A stretch of 64,000 nucleotides of DNA, from contig NIVC01003181.1 of the NCBI GenBank assembly GCA_002269645.1, positions 49,653 through 113,652 of the forward strand, in the 5' to 3' direction. This document shows positions 1 through 11,414 of this stretch, piece after piece; positions within the stretch are counted from its first letter, which is position 1, and every line of letters starts with the position of its first letter. The translations under genes were made by a program, and so were the position numbers. The notes beneath the pieces were generated by a model, which saw only the letters and a program-made list of their open reading frames with translations, was not told the DNA's origin and made no database searches. This DNA is from Macrostomum lignano (Eukaryota).

Positions 1-529
1 GACACTACTGCATCAGATGCCAAATCTATCAGACTGGACAGGCAGACACTACTGCATCAGAGGCCACATCTATCAGACTGGACAGGCAGACACTACTGCA
101 TCAGATGCCACATCTATCAGACTGGACAGGCAGACACTACTGCATCAGATGCCACATCTATCAGACTGGACAGGCAGACACTACTGCATCAGATGCCACA
201 TCTATCAGACTGGACAGGCAGACACTACTGCATCAGGTGCCACATCTATCAGACTGGACAGGCAGACACTACTGCATCAGATGCCACATCTATCAGACTG
301 GACAGACAGACACTACTGCATCAGGTGCCACATCTATCAGACTGGACAGGCAGACACTACTGCATCAGATGCCACATCTATCAGACTGGACAGACAGACA
401 CTACTGCATCAGGTGCCACATGCCCACATCTATCAGACTGGACAGACAGACACTACTGCATCAGATGCCACATCTATCAGACTGGACAGGCAGACACTAC
501 TGCATCAGATGCCACATCTATCAGACTGA
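1..529. repeat. 44-bp minisatellite (~12 copies) in VPS33A intron 4
   Basis: Unit gacactactgcatcagatgccacatctatcagactggacaggca in tandem; the overlapping ORFs are repeat artefacts. Confidence 0.95.
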
Positions 530-549
530 GCACTCTCAGAACTCCTTAC

Positions 550-1868
550 CTTAGCAGCTTCGCCTTTGCAGGCAATATTAGGAATGATGCCAAACACAGT
601 CTGAATTTTCATGATCGCGCGAGACAGATAGTGCAGAGAGGAGATGTCGCTTTTCAAATGATAGTCCTGTAAAATGCGACAGACAGGTGGCAGAGCTCAA
701 ACTATCATAACGAAAATAACAATGAAAAAACGTTGTCTAACCCGAAAGGCATTTGGCCAATCGCAGAGCAGCAGGTCATTGTCAAACGGCAGCAAGTCGA
801 GTTGAAATTCGGTCAGTTGGACTCGATTTAAATCGACTTTAAGCTCGCGAAGCAGGTTCTCGCACGGAATAGTCTTGTTTGGCACGAAAACGATTGCTGC
901 GGACTTGCTGGTGGGTAGCTTGGACCTTTAAGGAGTGCAAAGTACAATTGTTAACGCAATTAGAAGCTAGCTGGGATCTTGATTGCACTTTTAGCGAGTC
1001 ACAATGGCCTTTAGGATCTAGCTGGGATCTTAATTGCACTTTAGCGAGTCACAATGGCCTGGATCTAGCTGGGATCATGACTACACTTTAGCGAGTCACA
1101 ATGGCCTTTAGGATCTAGCTGGGATCTTAATTGCACTTTAGCGAGTCACAATGGCCTGGATCTAGCTGTGATCTTAATTGCACTTTAGCGAGTCACAATG
1201 CCCTGGATCTGGCTGGGATCTTAATTGCACTTTAGCGAGTCAAAATGGCCTGGATTTAGCTGGGATCTTAATTGCACTTTAGCGAGTCACAATGCCCTGG
1301 ATCTGGCTGGGATCTTGATTACACTTTAGCGAGTCACAATGGCCTGGATCTAGCTGGGATCTTAATTGCACTTTTAGCGAGTCACAATAGTCTGAATCTA
1401 ACTGGGATCTTAATTGCAGTTCAGCGGGATTCAGCTTAGAAATAATGGACGCAGTGTAAGTTTCAAACAAAACTTGAAAGACTCACTTGTCATTGACATA
1501 TGTGGCGACATATTTGATAATAGTTGGGTCTGGTCGCACAAGGAATACAGCCATATCACATTCGGCTGGCACAGTGCCAATGCTGCCTGTAGCCTCTATT
1601 GAGTACATTGTGTGCACTTTATGCTGCTTGAGCGAATTGGTATCAACAACCATGTTCACTGGCGTCATTAGTGGCTTGTCCCAAACCAGAAGAAGCTAGG
1701 AGTTTATAAAAAAGAATATATATGTAGCATAGTTTCTATTTAAGATAGATAAAAATTAAAGTAGATAATTTGATCACTTACATTTTTTCCTTTCAAAGAG
1801 TCGAGCAGTGCCAGAAGCTCATTGCAAAGCAGGTCCTTTAGCCTGCCAACATTGCCTAGATGGCTCAT
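550..1868 (-). CDS. VPS33A: Vacuolar protein sorting 33A (Sec1/Munc18 family, HOPS/CORVET), first four exons; gene continues off the left edge
   Basis: Exons 1782-1868, 1487-1695, 742-925 and 550-666 have GT-AG ends and matching phases. Joined translation MSHLGNVGRLKDLLCNELLALLDSLKGKN/LLLVWDKPLMTPVNMVV...FLVRPDP.../..IVFVPNKTIPCENLLRELKV..EFQLDLLPFDNDLL../DYHLKSDISSLHYLSRAIMKIQTVFGIIPNIACKGEAAK matches my recall of VPS33A motifs (IVWD, FVRP, FVPRRSLLCE, LDLIPFDGDLLS, YGTIPQIFGKG). Confidence 0.88.
965..1420. repeat. ~47-bp minisatellite in VPS33A intron 2
   Basis: Unit tgcactttagcgagtcacaatggcctggatctagctgggatcttaat, about 9-10 copies. Confidence 0.93.
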
Positions 1869-3104
1869 GCTTGTATTATTAGCTGAAAGGAAAATTGAAT
1901 AAAGAAACATACATAGGAATGTACTAGTAAAATTTGGGATAAATGCAAACAGTTTAAAAAACACAATTTTCCATATTTGCAAATCTATAAATGCCATATT
2001 TAGAAGATTTTCTAATATACATAAGCTTAAAAATGGTATACATTTTGGTATGAATATAGTGACCATACAAAGGCCATACAATGCTATACTTTTGGCATGC
2101 TATAACTTTATATATATACATGTAATAAAGACAAGCAAATAGTGAGTGACATATATACAAAGTCTAGTAGTATGCATATAAATGTGAAATTTGTATTTAA
2201 TTTGAATAACCAAAACAAAAAGATTATGTGCATGCATGAATACAACACAAATGTATAACCTACCATATGCACAATGATATAAAATTAATTATAACAATAT
2301 AAATGGCAATGTTATAGTATTTAACAAGCACTATTGCTCATATATTTTTTAAAATTATTTCATAGATAAAAAGTTTTAATACTTTATTTAATTCTTTTAT
2401 TTAGTATACATAAAAAGATATATATTTAAAAAATCTATGATAGTGTACTAATATACACTTTAATAATAGGGATTCCAGTGAGATTTTGAAAGTTATTTTT
2501 TATATTTTTAGATTTGATAAATCTTATTTGCCCAAGCAAAAAGACATTTCAATTTTGAAAAAAAATTAGTCAAGTAATAAAAAAGTTACAAAACTTTTTG
2601 TATTTTAAATTTTCAATATTTTCAAATTGAAAATAAAAAATTGAAATTGAAAAATTGAAATTGAATAAAAAATTCAAATTGAAAATTGAAATCGAAATTT
2701 TCAAATTTTCAAAATACATTATAAATTTATATAATGTATTTTGCTAATGAAGCATTCCATACCATACATGCCCAACCTCAAAATTTCACCCATCCAATGC
2801 AACTTAGTTTTGTCCAGATTTGCGACTTAGTTCCTCCTAATTGCAAATTAGTTCCTCTCTATTGCAACTTAGTTCCCCTGATTGCAACTTAATTTTCACT
2901 TTGTATATGACTTTTCTTGTCTTTTTCTCTTTTCTTCTCTTTCTCTTCCTCTCTCTCTCTTCTCCTTCCTTTCTTTTTCTTTTCTCTTTATCTCCTTTCT
3001 TTCTTCCCCAATTTTTTTGTTTTTTTGCATTTTCAATTTTGCAACTTACCTTGGCTGGTGGCCCTTTTACCCATCTAGTTTGGATGGGTTGGATGGGTGT
3101 TAGG

Positions 3105-3290
3105 CATGTATGAACATGCTTGGGCGCAACCGAGGGATTTACCTGGCCATTTCTATTGACAACACACACATGTAAGTTGCTATTCGATAGAATAGTAGTC
3201 ACGTGACTATTCTTAGCCAATAGTGACTTACATGTATGTGTTGCCAATAGAAATGGCCAAGTGATTCCCAAGGCTGCACATGTATATGTA
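3105..3290. mobile_element. Palindromic (hairpin) MITE-like element, CpG-decayed copy
   Basis: Inverted arms around a central GTCACGTGAC (3198-3207); co-linear with the copy at 9034-9207. Confidence 0.7.
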
Positions 3291-5139
3291 TGAAGCATTG
3301 TGATAATTATTGCTCAAAAACATTTTTATTAAATATTTTTATCACTTTTGTATATAACTAGTCTTTATATCCAATATATCATTTTAGCTATTTTATCTTA
3401 AGAACCTAAAAAAGGACAATATATCGAAATAGCAATAGTCAATAGGGTGACAGTATATTATGATTATATGATTATGTGAACTTGTAATTCTAATAAATAT
3501 AATGCAATCATCACGCTTTTGAGCTATAGCTTTTTATGTTTATTTATGAATGAGAATAATTCTAATAATAGGCCTGCAACAAAAATAGCCAAAACCTTTG
3601 CAACAATATATACAAAAGCCAGCCTAAATTGCATAGAAAAATATTCAGATTTATAGAAAAGCAAAAATCAATACTAAATTTATTTAACAATGCATTTTGC
3701 ATAATATTATGCATCTTTAGGTTTATTTTGAGCAAAAGAAGCAAATGATATTAAAAGTAAATAAATACAAAGTTTGGGGTATAAATTTAATCAATATTTT
3801 AAGTACATGTTTGTTGGTCTATAAGTTAAGAGGCAAAGTCTAGGGATAGATTGATAGTTATGTAGTTAAAATTATAGAATGTATAACCAGTGCCTTCTCC
3901 CTCAAAACACACGGAGAACATGGCCTGCGCCACTGTTTATACCCCAAAACTATATTTATTTACTTCCAATCTCACTCATTACTTTTGCTCAAAATAAACC
4001 TGAAGATGCACAATATCAAGCAAAATGCATAGTTAAATTATTTTAATATTGATTGTCACTTTTCTATTCATCTTACTTGCCAAGTGGGCAACTTTACCTG
4101 AATTACTGAATATTCAGATTTAGTTACATAGATTGTATTAAAACTACACAGCTTAAACAAAATGATAAATTAATTTTCACTTTTTCAGATTGCCTGTCTC
4201 TAGGGGGCTTGAGAAGACTGCTTGCAACTGGCAGCTGATGGAGCTAAAAATAAAAGAAAAGGATAATTGGTTGATTTTTTGCAAACTAGAAAAAAATCAA
4301 CTACCCAAATCCAAGCATTTTTAAACATGTAATTAAGTTTATTTCCCATTCTCAATATTTCTTCTTTAAAAATAGTCCAGTCTAGATCTTGTAGAGAGCT
4401 TATGCCAGGACGAGATCCTCTTTCCAAATACAATTACAAGGCTTTACCTGCCAGGTAAAAATAGCACCACTGTATCTGTTTTATTAATATTATTTCGATC
4501 AGACTCGGTCTTATTAAGCTAGTTGTTAGACTAGTGCTAGCCGCTACCAGATCAGAGTCATCAGACTAATAGTTCAGTTTAGTTCAGCTTGAGCTAATGA
4601 TTTTCGCTCATCAACCGACGTTAGTTTGACTCAGTTGATGCTGAGTTAAATTAAGCTAAGCAAAAGCTGAGATAACTATACCAGCATATTAAATGCAAAT
4701 CGGTCAAAAACAAAATAAAATATTAATTCTAACAATTAGGCAGAGTCGGGCCAAAAAGCTTATATCACTTCTCAGAAAAAATTAGGTTTAAAAATTCACA
4801 GACACTTGTACAATGCAATTTAAACTATCTGAACCATAAAAAATAATAAATAAATAAGTTTCAAATGTTAATTGCTTTGCTACAAAGTTTTATGTTTTAC
4901 TATGGTATATTAATATGTTTTTTGTTTATATGCAAAGTTTTAAATATTGCAAAGTAAAGTTTCTGAGAATACTTTTTTCCTTGCAGACAACATAAGTATC
5001 ATCTTTTTGACCCAAATTGTAATTATAGTTATTAATATTACCGGTGACAAAGATAGAAATAGTAAACAGGTTAAGAAGAAAGGTTAATTTACTAGACCAA
5101 TAATTAATAATCTGTATCAACTTTTTTCTAAATTAAACT

Positions 5140-8100
5140 ATGCCTCTGGAAGACTTTGAAGAAGAAGGGTTAGAGAAGATTCCTGATCTTAAATTGGCCC
5201 AGAAAGTGTTTTTGGCTTCACTACCTGATTTCAAGAATAATGCTGAATTGCAGAACCAGATTTTGTCTGTTGTCAAGGCATCAAGTAAGTTGTACATTAT
5301 TTATTAGAGCATATATTATTTTATATTTGTATATTTTAGTAATTTGGCAGTTATTAAATGAAATTATGAGGGTGGTTCAAAATTTTTAGTCATTCAGCCA
5401 TTTTTTAGGCTTTTTTGTGATTTTTTGCATTATTATTTAGCATTTTATGAAATATGTAGAGTATAGACATAGTATTTTCTTTTTATCTTCTTTCAACTAT
5501 ATCTTTTCTATATAAACTCTTGGATTTTTAGCAAAATAGACAAGCAAGAATAGCCTTGCTTGTTCATATTATTATTTTCACTTGTTACTGAAGTGGCTAT
5601 TGCCAAAGTGGCTACTACCAAAATGGACTATTACCTCAATTTGAAATCATACTTGGTCATTAGTATATATAAAATTCTAATCAAGAAATAATCTAGTTAA
5701 GAACCAATTTAACCAAACCCAATTTAGAAAAGTTAATGTACAAAATTTGATGGATACTGTAAAAATTATATTCTATATACATTGATTATTCTAGTTTAGT
5801 TTATATTGCAAATTGTATTATATATACTGGAAAGTATCTGGCTTTCTAGTTAAGTGTATACTAATAAAGTATGCCATTTAATTCATTCTAGTAAATTGTA
5901 TGCCAATAAAAAATGCATGGTTAACAAGCATTGAAACAATGCCACAAGTAATAGGTGCAACAAATAATTGTTACATAGAATAACAAAACCTACAACCTAC
6001 TTTTCGCTTTGAAAGGGCTAAGGCTGATATAAATTGAAGAAAAGATTAAGGTATAATAAGATTAGTTCCCAATAGATATCCTAAATGCTTTTATGGGACT
6101 ATAAGCAGAATTGGCTCCACTTTTGCTGGCTTATGCTTGACCTTTACAATGAGAACCCAGATAGATTTGAGCAATAAATCATAACTAGGGACAAATATTA
6201 GATCTACCACTATGATCCTAAGTTTAAGTGAGATTCTATAGAGTAGTGGTGCCCTAAGAAAAGGGCTCTCTGCAAGTTTAAGCAAGCAGAGTCAGCTGGC
6301 AAGATCTTGGGCTATTTCTTTTAGGACTATCAAGGGATCTTGCTTGCCAAGTACCTGTCTATAGGACATACTGTCACAGGTGTCTAGTATATTGAATAGC
6401 TAGGCTGGCTACAAGCAGTTATCTAGAAAAGATAGGGGAAGCTAAGTGCTAGCCCTTTGCTACTTTATGACAATGCCCCAGCTCATAACTACCCAGGTTA
6501 TGGTGAATATTACCAGCATTACAAGGTTCAAAGTCCTTCCTTATCTAGCTTATTCACCAGATCTAACACCTTCCAATTTATTTCTATTCTATTGGCTCAA
6601 GTGGCCACTCTGTGGCTACCATTTTTAAGTCCAACAAAGGACATTTCCATTAAGCATAATAATAATATATAATATAATATATATAATATCTAGATCATGC
6701 AGGTAGATGCCTTAGCCAATTATTATAATTTTATTTTAGATAGATCCCTTTGGAAACACTATGTAGTAAAAAAGAGAAAAGGAATACTCATAGTTTATAA
6801 GAGTATCTCATAGCCATGAAAAGCTTCAAAAAAGATTCATAGCCTATGATAGAGATATAAAATATGCCTATGACTAGGACATAAGATAGGTCCTTGCATA
6901 ACTAAGTGTGCAAGTGGCAAGTGTTAATTTTTCATGAATACAAGAATAAAACATGCAATGCAGTATAATACCTTTGCTTTTATGCCTGCTTGCTCCCTTA
7001 CCCCCCACTGCTGCTTGGTTAGCAAGATTTGCCTGATTTGATAGCCTTTGCAGACCTACTAAATATAAAAGCTAAACAAATATTCCTCAATAAAACGCAA
7101 TGCAGTATAAATAGCTAAGATATTTATATATCTTGGCTAATTAATGCATTTAAAAACCTTGTATGCTAAAAATGATGTTGCCATTTGTTATGTCTAATTA
7201 AATTAGCAAAATAAAACTAATAAGCATCAAATAAACAGACAATAAACAATAATAATAGTCATTTTCAAGTTGGTATTTTATTTATTATATAAGGGCAATG
7301 CTTTGGTTATCAAATTGATTAGTTCCATAGCTAAGATAACAACTAATTTAATAATGTACAATAAAGCAGCAGGGTATATAAGCCATATAGCTTTTTGCTT
7401 AATTAGCTTGATGCACTTTTAATAAGTCACTTATATTAGATATTTGTAGCTTTGTAGCTGAAGAACTAAGAAAGAGAAACATTTATTTTAAATAATTTCC
7501 TTTAGTTTTGGCCATAGACAATTAACAACTTGACTAGTTTAAAAGTTTAAAATTTAAACCATAGGCTATATGCTATGCTATGTAGACACAAATTTAAACC
7601 CAGAATAAATATTGTAAAACAAATGATGATATGTCTATATCTCTACCTATAAAAATGAAAACTCTGTGTGTCTTAACTTCTAAGTATAAGTTTTATTTTA
7701 AATTGAATAGCCCTATAAGTGTTTTTGACTTTTTCAATTTCAATTTAAGCTTTTTCAATTGGCTATATTATTCAGCTTAGCCCACAAAACAATGTATAGG
7801 CCTGGAGCTAGTAAAGACTTTTTAATAGGGTATAGTTAATTTTTAAAAATTAATAATGAGAAAACATTTTTTATTTAAATGTGCAATCTTTTAATCATTT
7901 GGTCACTTCAATAAACATATGATCAGTTGTTACAAGCACTGAAAGAAATTTAAACATCAATCTAGCTTCTACATAGCATCAACCAAATCTAAGTGAATTG
8001 CCAGTACTCTCTGAATATACAAGCAGGATTAGCATTATGTTAATGAAATAAGACAGTGACTGGAACATACAAATTACCAATGCACAGACATGGCCCCATA

Positions 8101-10365
8101 CTACGAGCACATCTGCCAGCACCTGGGCTGGCGCACCGACCAGGCCCTGCTAGGCGAGATGCGCCAAGCCAATAAAACTCGCTTAGCCGAATTAGACGCT
8201 AAAATACGCGAAGCCGAGGAGACCCAAGGCGAAGCCGAGGTTCGCAATAGTATGCGCGACAAAGCCTACTATTTTAGTAGTATCGGCGACAAAGCTGACT
8301 CACTGGCTATGCTCAGGCAGGTGTTCGAGAAGACGGCCATGTCTGGTTACCGGCTCGATCTGATCTTCCACCAGATTCGTCTGGGCTTCTTTTTCAACGA
8401 TCACGACCTGATCACTAGGAACATCGACAGGGCGGCCACTCTGGTTGAGGAGGGCGGCGATTGGACAGGCGGAATCGGCTTCGCGTGTACAAAGGCTTGC
8501 ACTGCATGAGCGTTCGAGATTTCAGCACCGCCGCCGGCTTGTTCCTGGAAACTGTGGCCACCTTCACTAGCTACGAGCTGATGGACTACAAGGACTTTAT
8601 TACCTACACGGTGATGTGCGCTATGATTGCTCTGGATCGGCCAGATTTGCGCGACAAAGTTGTACGCGGCTCCGAGATATTGCAGATTCTGCACAGCCTG
8701 CCAGAGGTTAAAGCGTATTTAGATTCACTCTATCAGTGTCACTATGCTGAGTTCTTTCGCTATCTGGCCGGCGTTGAGATCTTTCTGCAGAGGGATAGAT
8801 ACCTGCATCAGCACGCTACGTGAGTTTTCTTGTTTTTTGTTTTTGTCACCTTTGAGAATCGCCTCAGTCCCTCTCCAGGTTAGACATAAAATCAGCCTTG
8901 AGAATCACCTCAGTCCCTCTCCAGGTTAGACATAAAATCAGCCTTGATAATCGCCTCAGTCCCTCTCCAGGTTAGACAGAAAATCGCTCTCAAGAATGAC
9001 CAATGCACAATAGCGAAGCATCGCACACCACCGCACATGCTTGGGCGCAACCTTGGGATTCGCCCGGCCGTTTCTATTGGCAACACACGCATGTAAGTCG
9101 CTATTGGCTGAGAGCAGTCACGTGACTACTGTTCTGTCCAATAGCGACTTACATGCGTGTGTTGCCAATAGAAACGGCCGAGTGAATCCCAAAGTTGCGC
9201 ATGTATGCCACCGCAGGTACTACGTGAAGGAGATGCGCATCAAGGCTTACACGCAGCAGCTGGAGTCCTACCGCAGCCTGACCCTGGACTACATGGCTAA
9301 ATCGTTCGGCGTGTCGGTGGAATTCATCGACAAAGAGCTGTCCCGCTTTATTGCCGCCGGCCGACTTACCTGTAAAATTGATCAGGTTAGCCGTATTATC
9401 GAGACGACCCGACCTGACAGCAAAAATCATCAGTACCAGGTGAGCCTTTTTGAATATTATCTAATGTTATTTAGTTACCAATTTGTGATTTCGTAATTAC
9501 CGAATTGTAATTTCTAAGAGATCCCACTCCGAGAGATCCCACTCCAAGAGATCCCACTCCAAGACATCACCCAAAGAGATCCCAACCCAAGAGATCCCAC
9601 TCCGAGAGATCCCACTCCAAGAGATCCCACTCCAAGACATCACCCAAAGAGATCCCAACCCAAGAGATCCCACTCCGAGAGATCCCACTCCAAGACATCA
9701 CCCAAAGAGATCCCAACCCAAGAGATCCCACTCCGAGAGATCCCACTCCAAGAGATCCCACTCCAAGACATCACCCAAAGAGATCCCAACCCAAGAGATC
9801 CCACTCCGAGAGATCCCATTCCAAGAGATCCCACTACAAGAGATCTCACTACAAGAGATCCCACTACTAGAGATCCCACTCCAAGAGATCCCACTCCAAG
9901 AGATCCCACTCCAAGACATCACCCAAAGAGATCCCAACCCAAGAGATCCCACTCCGAGAGATCCCATTCCAAAAGATCCCACTACTAGATATCCCACTCC
10001 GAGAGATCCCATTCCAAGAGATCCCACTACAAGAGATCTCACTACAAGAGATCCCACTACTAGAGATCCCACTCCTAAAGAACCCACTCCGAAAGATCCC
10101 ATTTAAAAATCCCAACCCAAAAGATCCCACTCCGTGAGATCCTCAATCCCAGTTAAATGGCATCCCTCGGGAAATTGCTCTTAGCAGATAAGGCCTAGGG
10201 GGTGAAATCCCGGTCAGTTGAATCGAAGTCTCGTGCTCCTTTTGCTTTCGCTTATTTATCTATGCTATATTCTACCCTTAACACCTGCTCTTCCAGCTGG
10301 TCATCAAGCATGGGGACACCCTGTTAAACCGTCTGCAAAAGCTTAGCCGCGTGATCAACATCTGA
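5140..10365 (+). CDS. PSMD6: 26S proteasome non-ATPase regulatory subunit 6 (Rpn7), 4 exons, one apparent 1-nt deletion at ~8462-8464
   Basis: Exons 5140-5284, 8088-8819, 9217-9439 and 10297-10365. [34 protein letters not shown](D)[55 protein letters not shown] is recognisably PSMD6. Restoring one G gives 389 aa. Confidence 0.95.
6046..6645 (+). mobile_element. Decayed Tc1/mariner transposase relic in PSMD6 intron 1
   Basis: Stop-riddled translation [69 protein letters not shown] matches mariner motifs (ARWVP, TGDETW, FWD, HDNAxxH, YSPDLAPSD). Confidence 0.88.
8852..8990. repeat. ~46-bp tandem repeat x3 in PSMD6 intron 2
   Basis: tgagaatcgcctcagtccctctccaggttagacataaaatcagcct repeated. Confidence 0.85.
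9034..9207. mobile_element. Palindromic (hairpin) MITE-like element, CpG-intact copy, in PSMD6 intron 2
   Basis: Near-perfect inverted arms (gcaaccttgggattc..ctattgg / ccaatag..gaatcccaaagttgc) around GTCACGTGAC at 9117-9126. Confidence 0.75.
9515..10125. repeat. ~15-bp minisatellite (aagagatcccactcc) in PSMD6 intron 3
   Basis: Direct reading of tandem units and variants. Confidence 0.93.
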
Positions 10366-11414
10366 GTCCCTTTTCTTTTTTGCTAAGCCATGGCTAAGGC
10401 TTATCTGAATAAGTGCGGACTTGATAAACACACTCCTCCCTTAAACTTGTTACTAAGCTGCGTTATGTCCACAATTTATTTACTTTTAATCTACTACTAT
10501 GAGTAGTGCAAGCTCCCCATGAAAAAATGAATGCTAAATGCGTATTGATTGCTAGCCTATGCTGTCTTTATTCTCTGTCCTAATATTGCTCTTGTGCATC
10601 GCTTGTAGGTGTCACTTACCTGACAACTAAATGCTCAACCAGTTCGAGTAGCAACATAACCTGAAGGCACCGTTTCTATCTCTGTTATTAATCAGTTAAT
10701 CCATAATAAAATAATATACACAGCAACGTGCACGCCTATGCTGCTGCGCATTTTGTCTCTCTTCAACTGTCTGAATTTTGAGCCCCAATTCTTTTTCAAA
10801 ACAGTCTTTGTTGTTCACTTGGTCAAATTGATGCGGTGTGTTTCCGGTTTGGAATCAATTATTAGATATAGTCACATGTGTCATTTTTATCATTTTGGTA
10901 TATAGGACTACGCTTAACAGACTACTAGCATGAGTAGCCAAAAAAGTTTTTAAATAGGTTGTGTTTAGAGTGTAGCTCGTATTGCTCGGATCTATCTAGC
11001 TAAAGAAATATTCCAAATAGCCCAGCCTTTAGCGAAGGTGTTGGAAAACTTTTTAACTCGAGAGCCAGATAGGGAACCCAGCGCTTGGCTGCGGGCCAAA
11101 GGTGGGGAGAGAGGAAAGATAAGAAAAAGGAGAGGCAATGGGATAAAGGCGAAGTTAGAAGAGAAATGAAATAGGAGATGAGATGAGAGAAGGGAGAAGG
11201 GAGAGGAGAGTAGATTGAGAGAAGAGAGCTGAGAAGAGACAGAAACCTCGAGCGGACCCTTAGGGCCTTATAGGGAAGCTCTGTGGGCCGCATGTGGCAC
11301 GCGGGTTGGAGTTTGCCGACACCTGCTTTAGTCAGTAGTCCCGACTCTTCTATAATCTTATTTTAAAATATGATTATTTAATATTTCAGCGCGGCGCCCG
11401 CTGCCCCAGCCCGC

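Noticed and set aside
5140-10365. Calling PSMD6, alpha2delta or prominin pseudogenes
   Set aside because: The only lesions are homopolymer 1-nt deletions; splice sites and motifs are intact and there are no other stops. Sequencing error is more likely but unproven.
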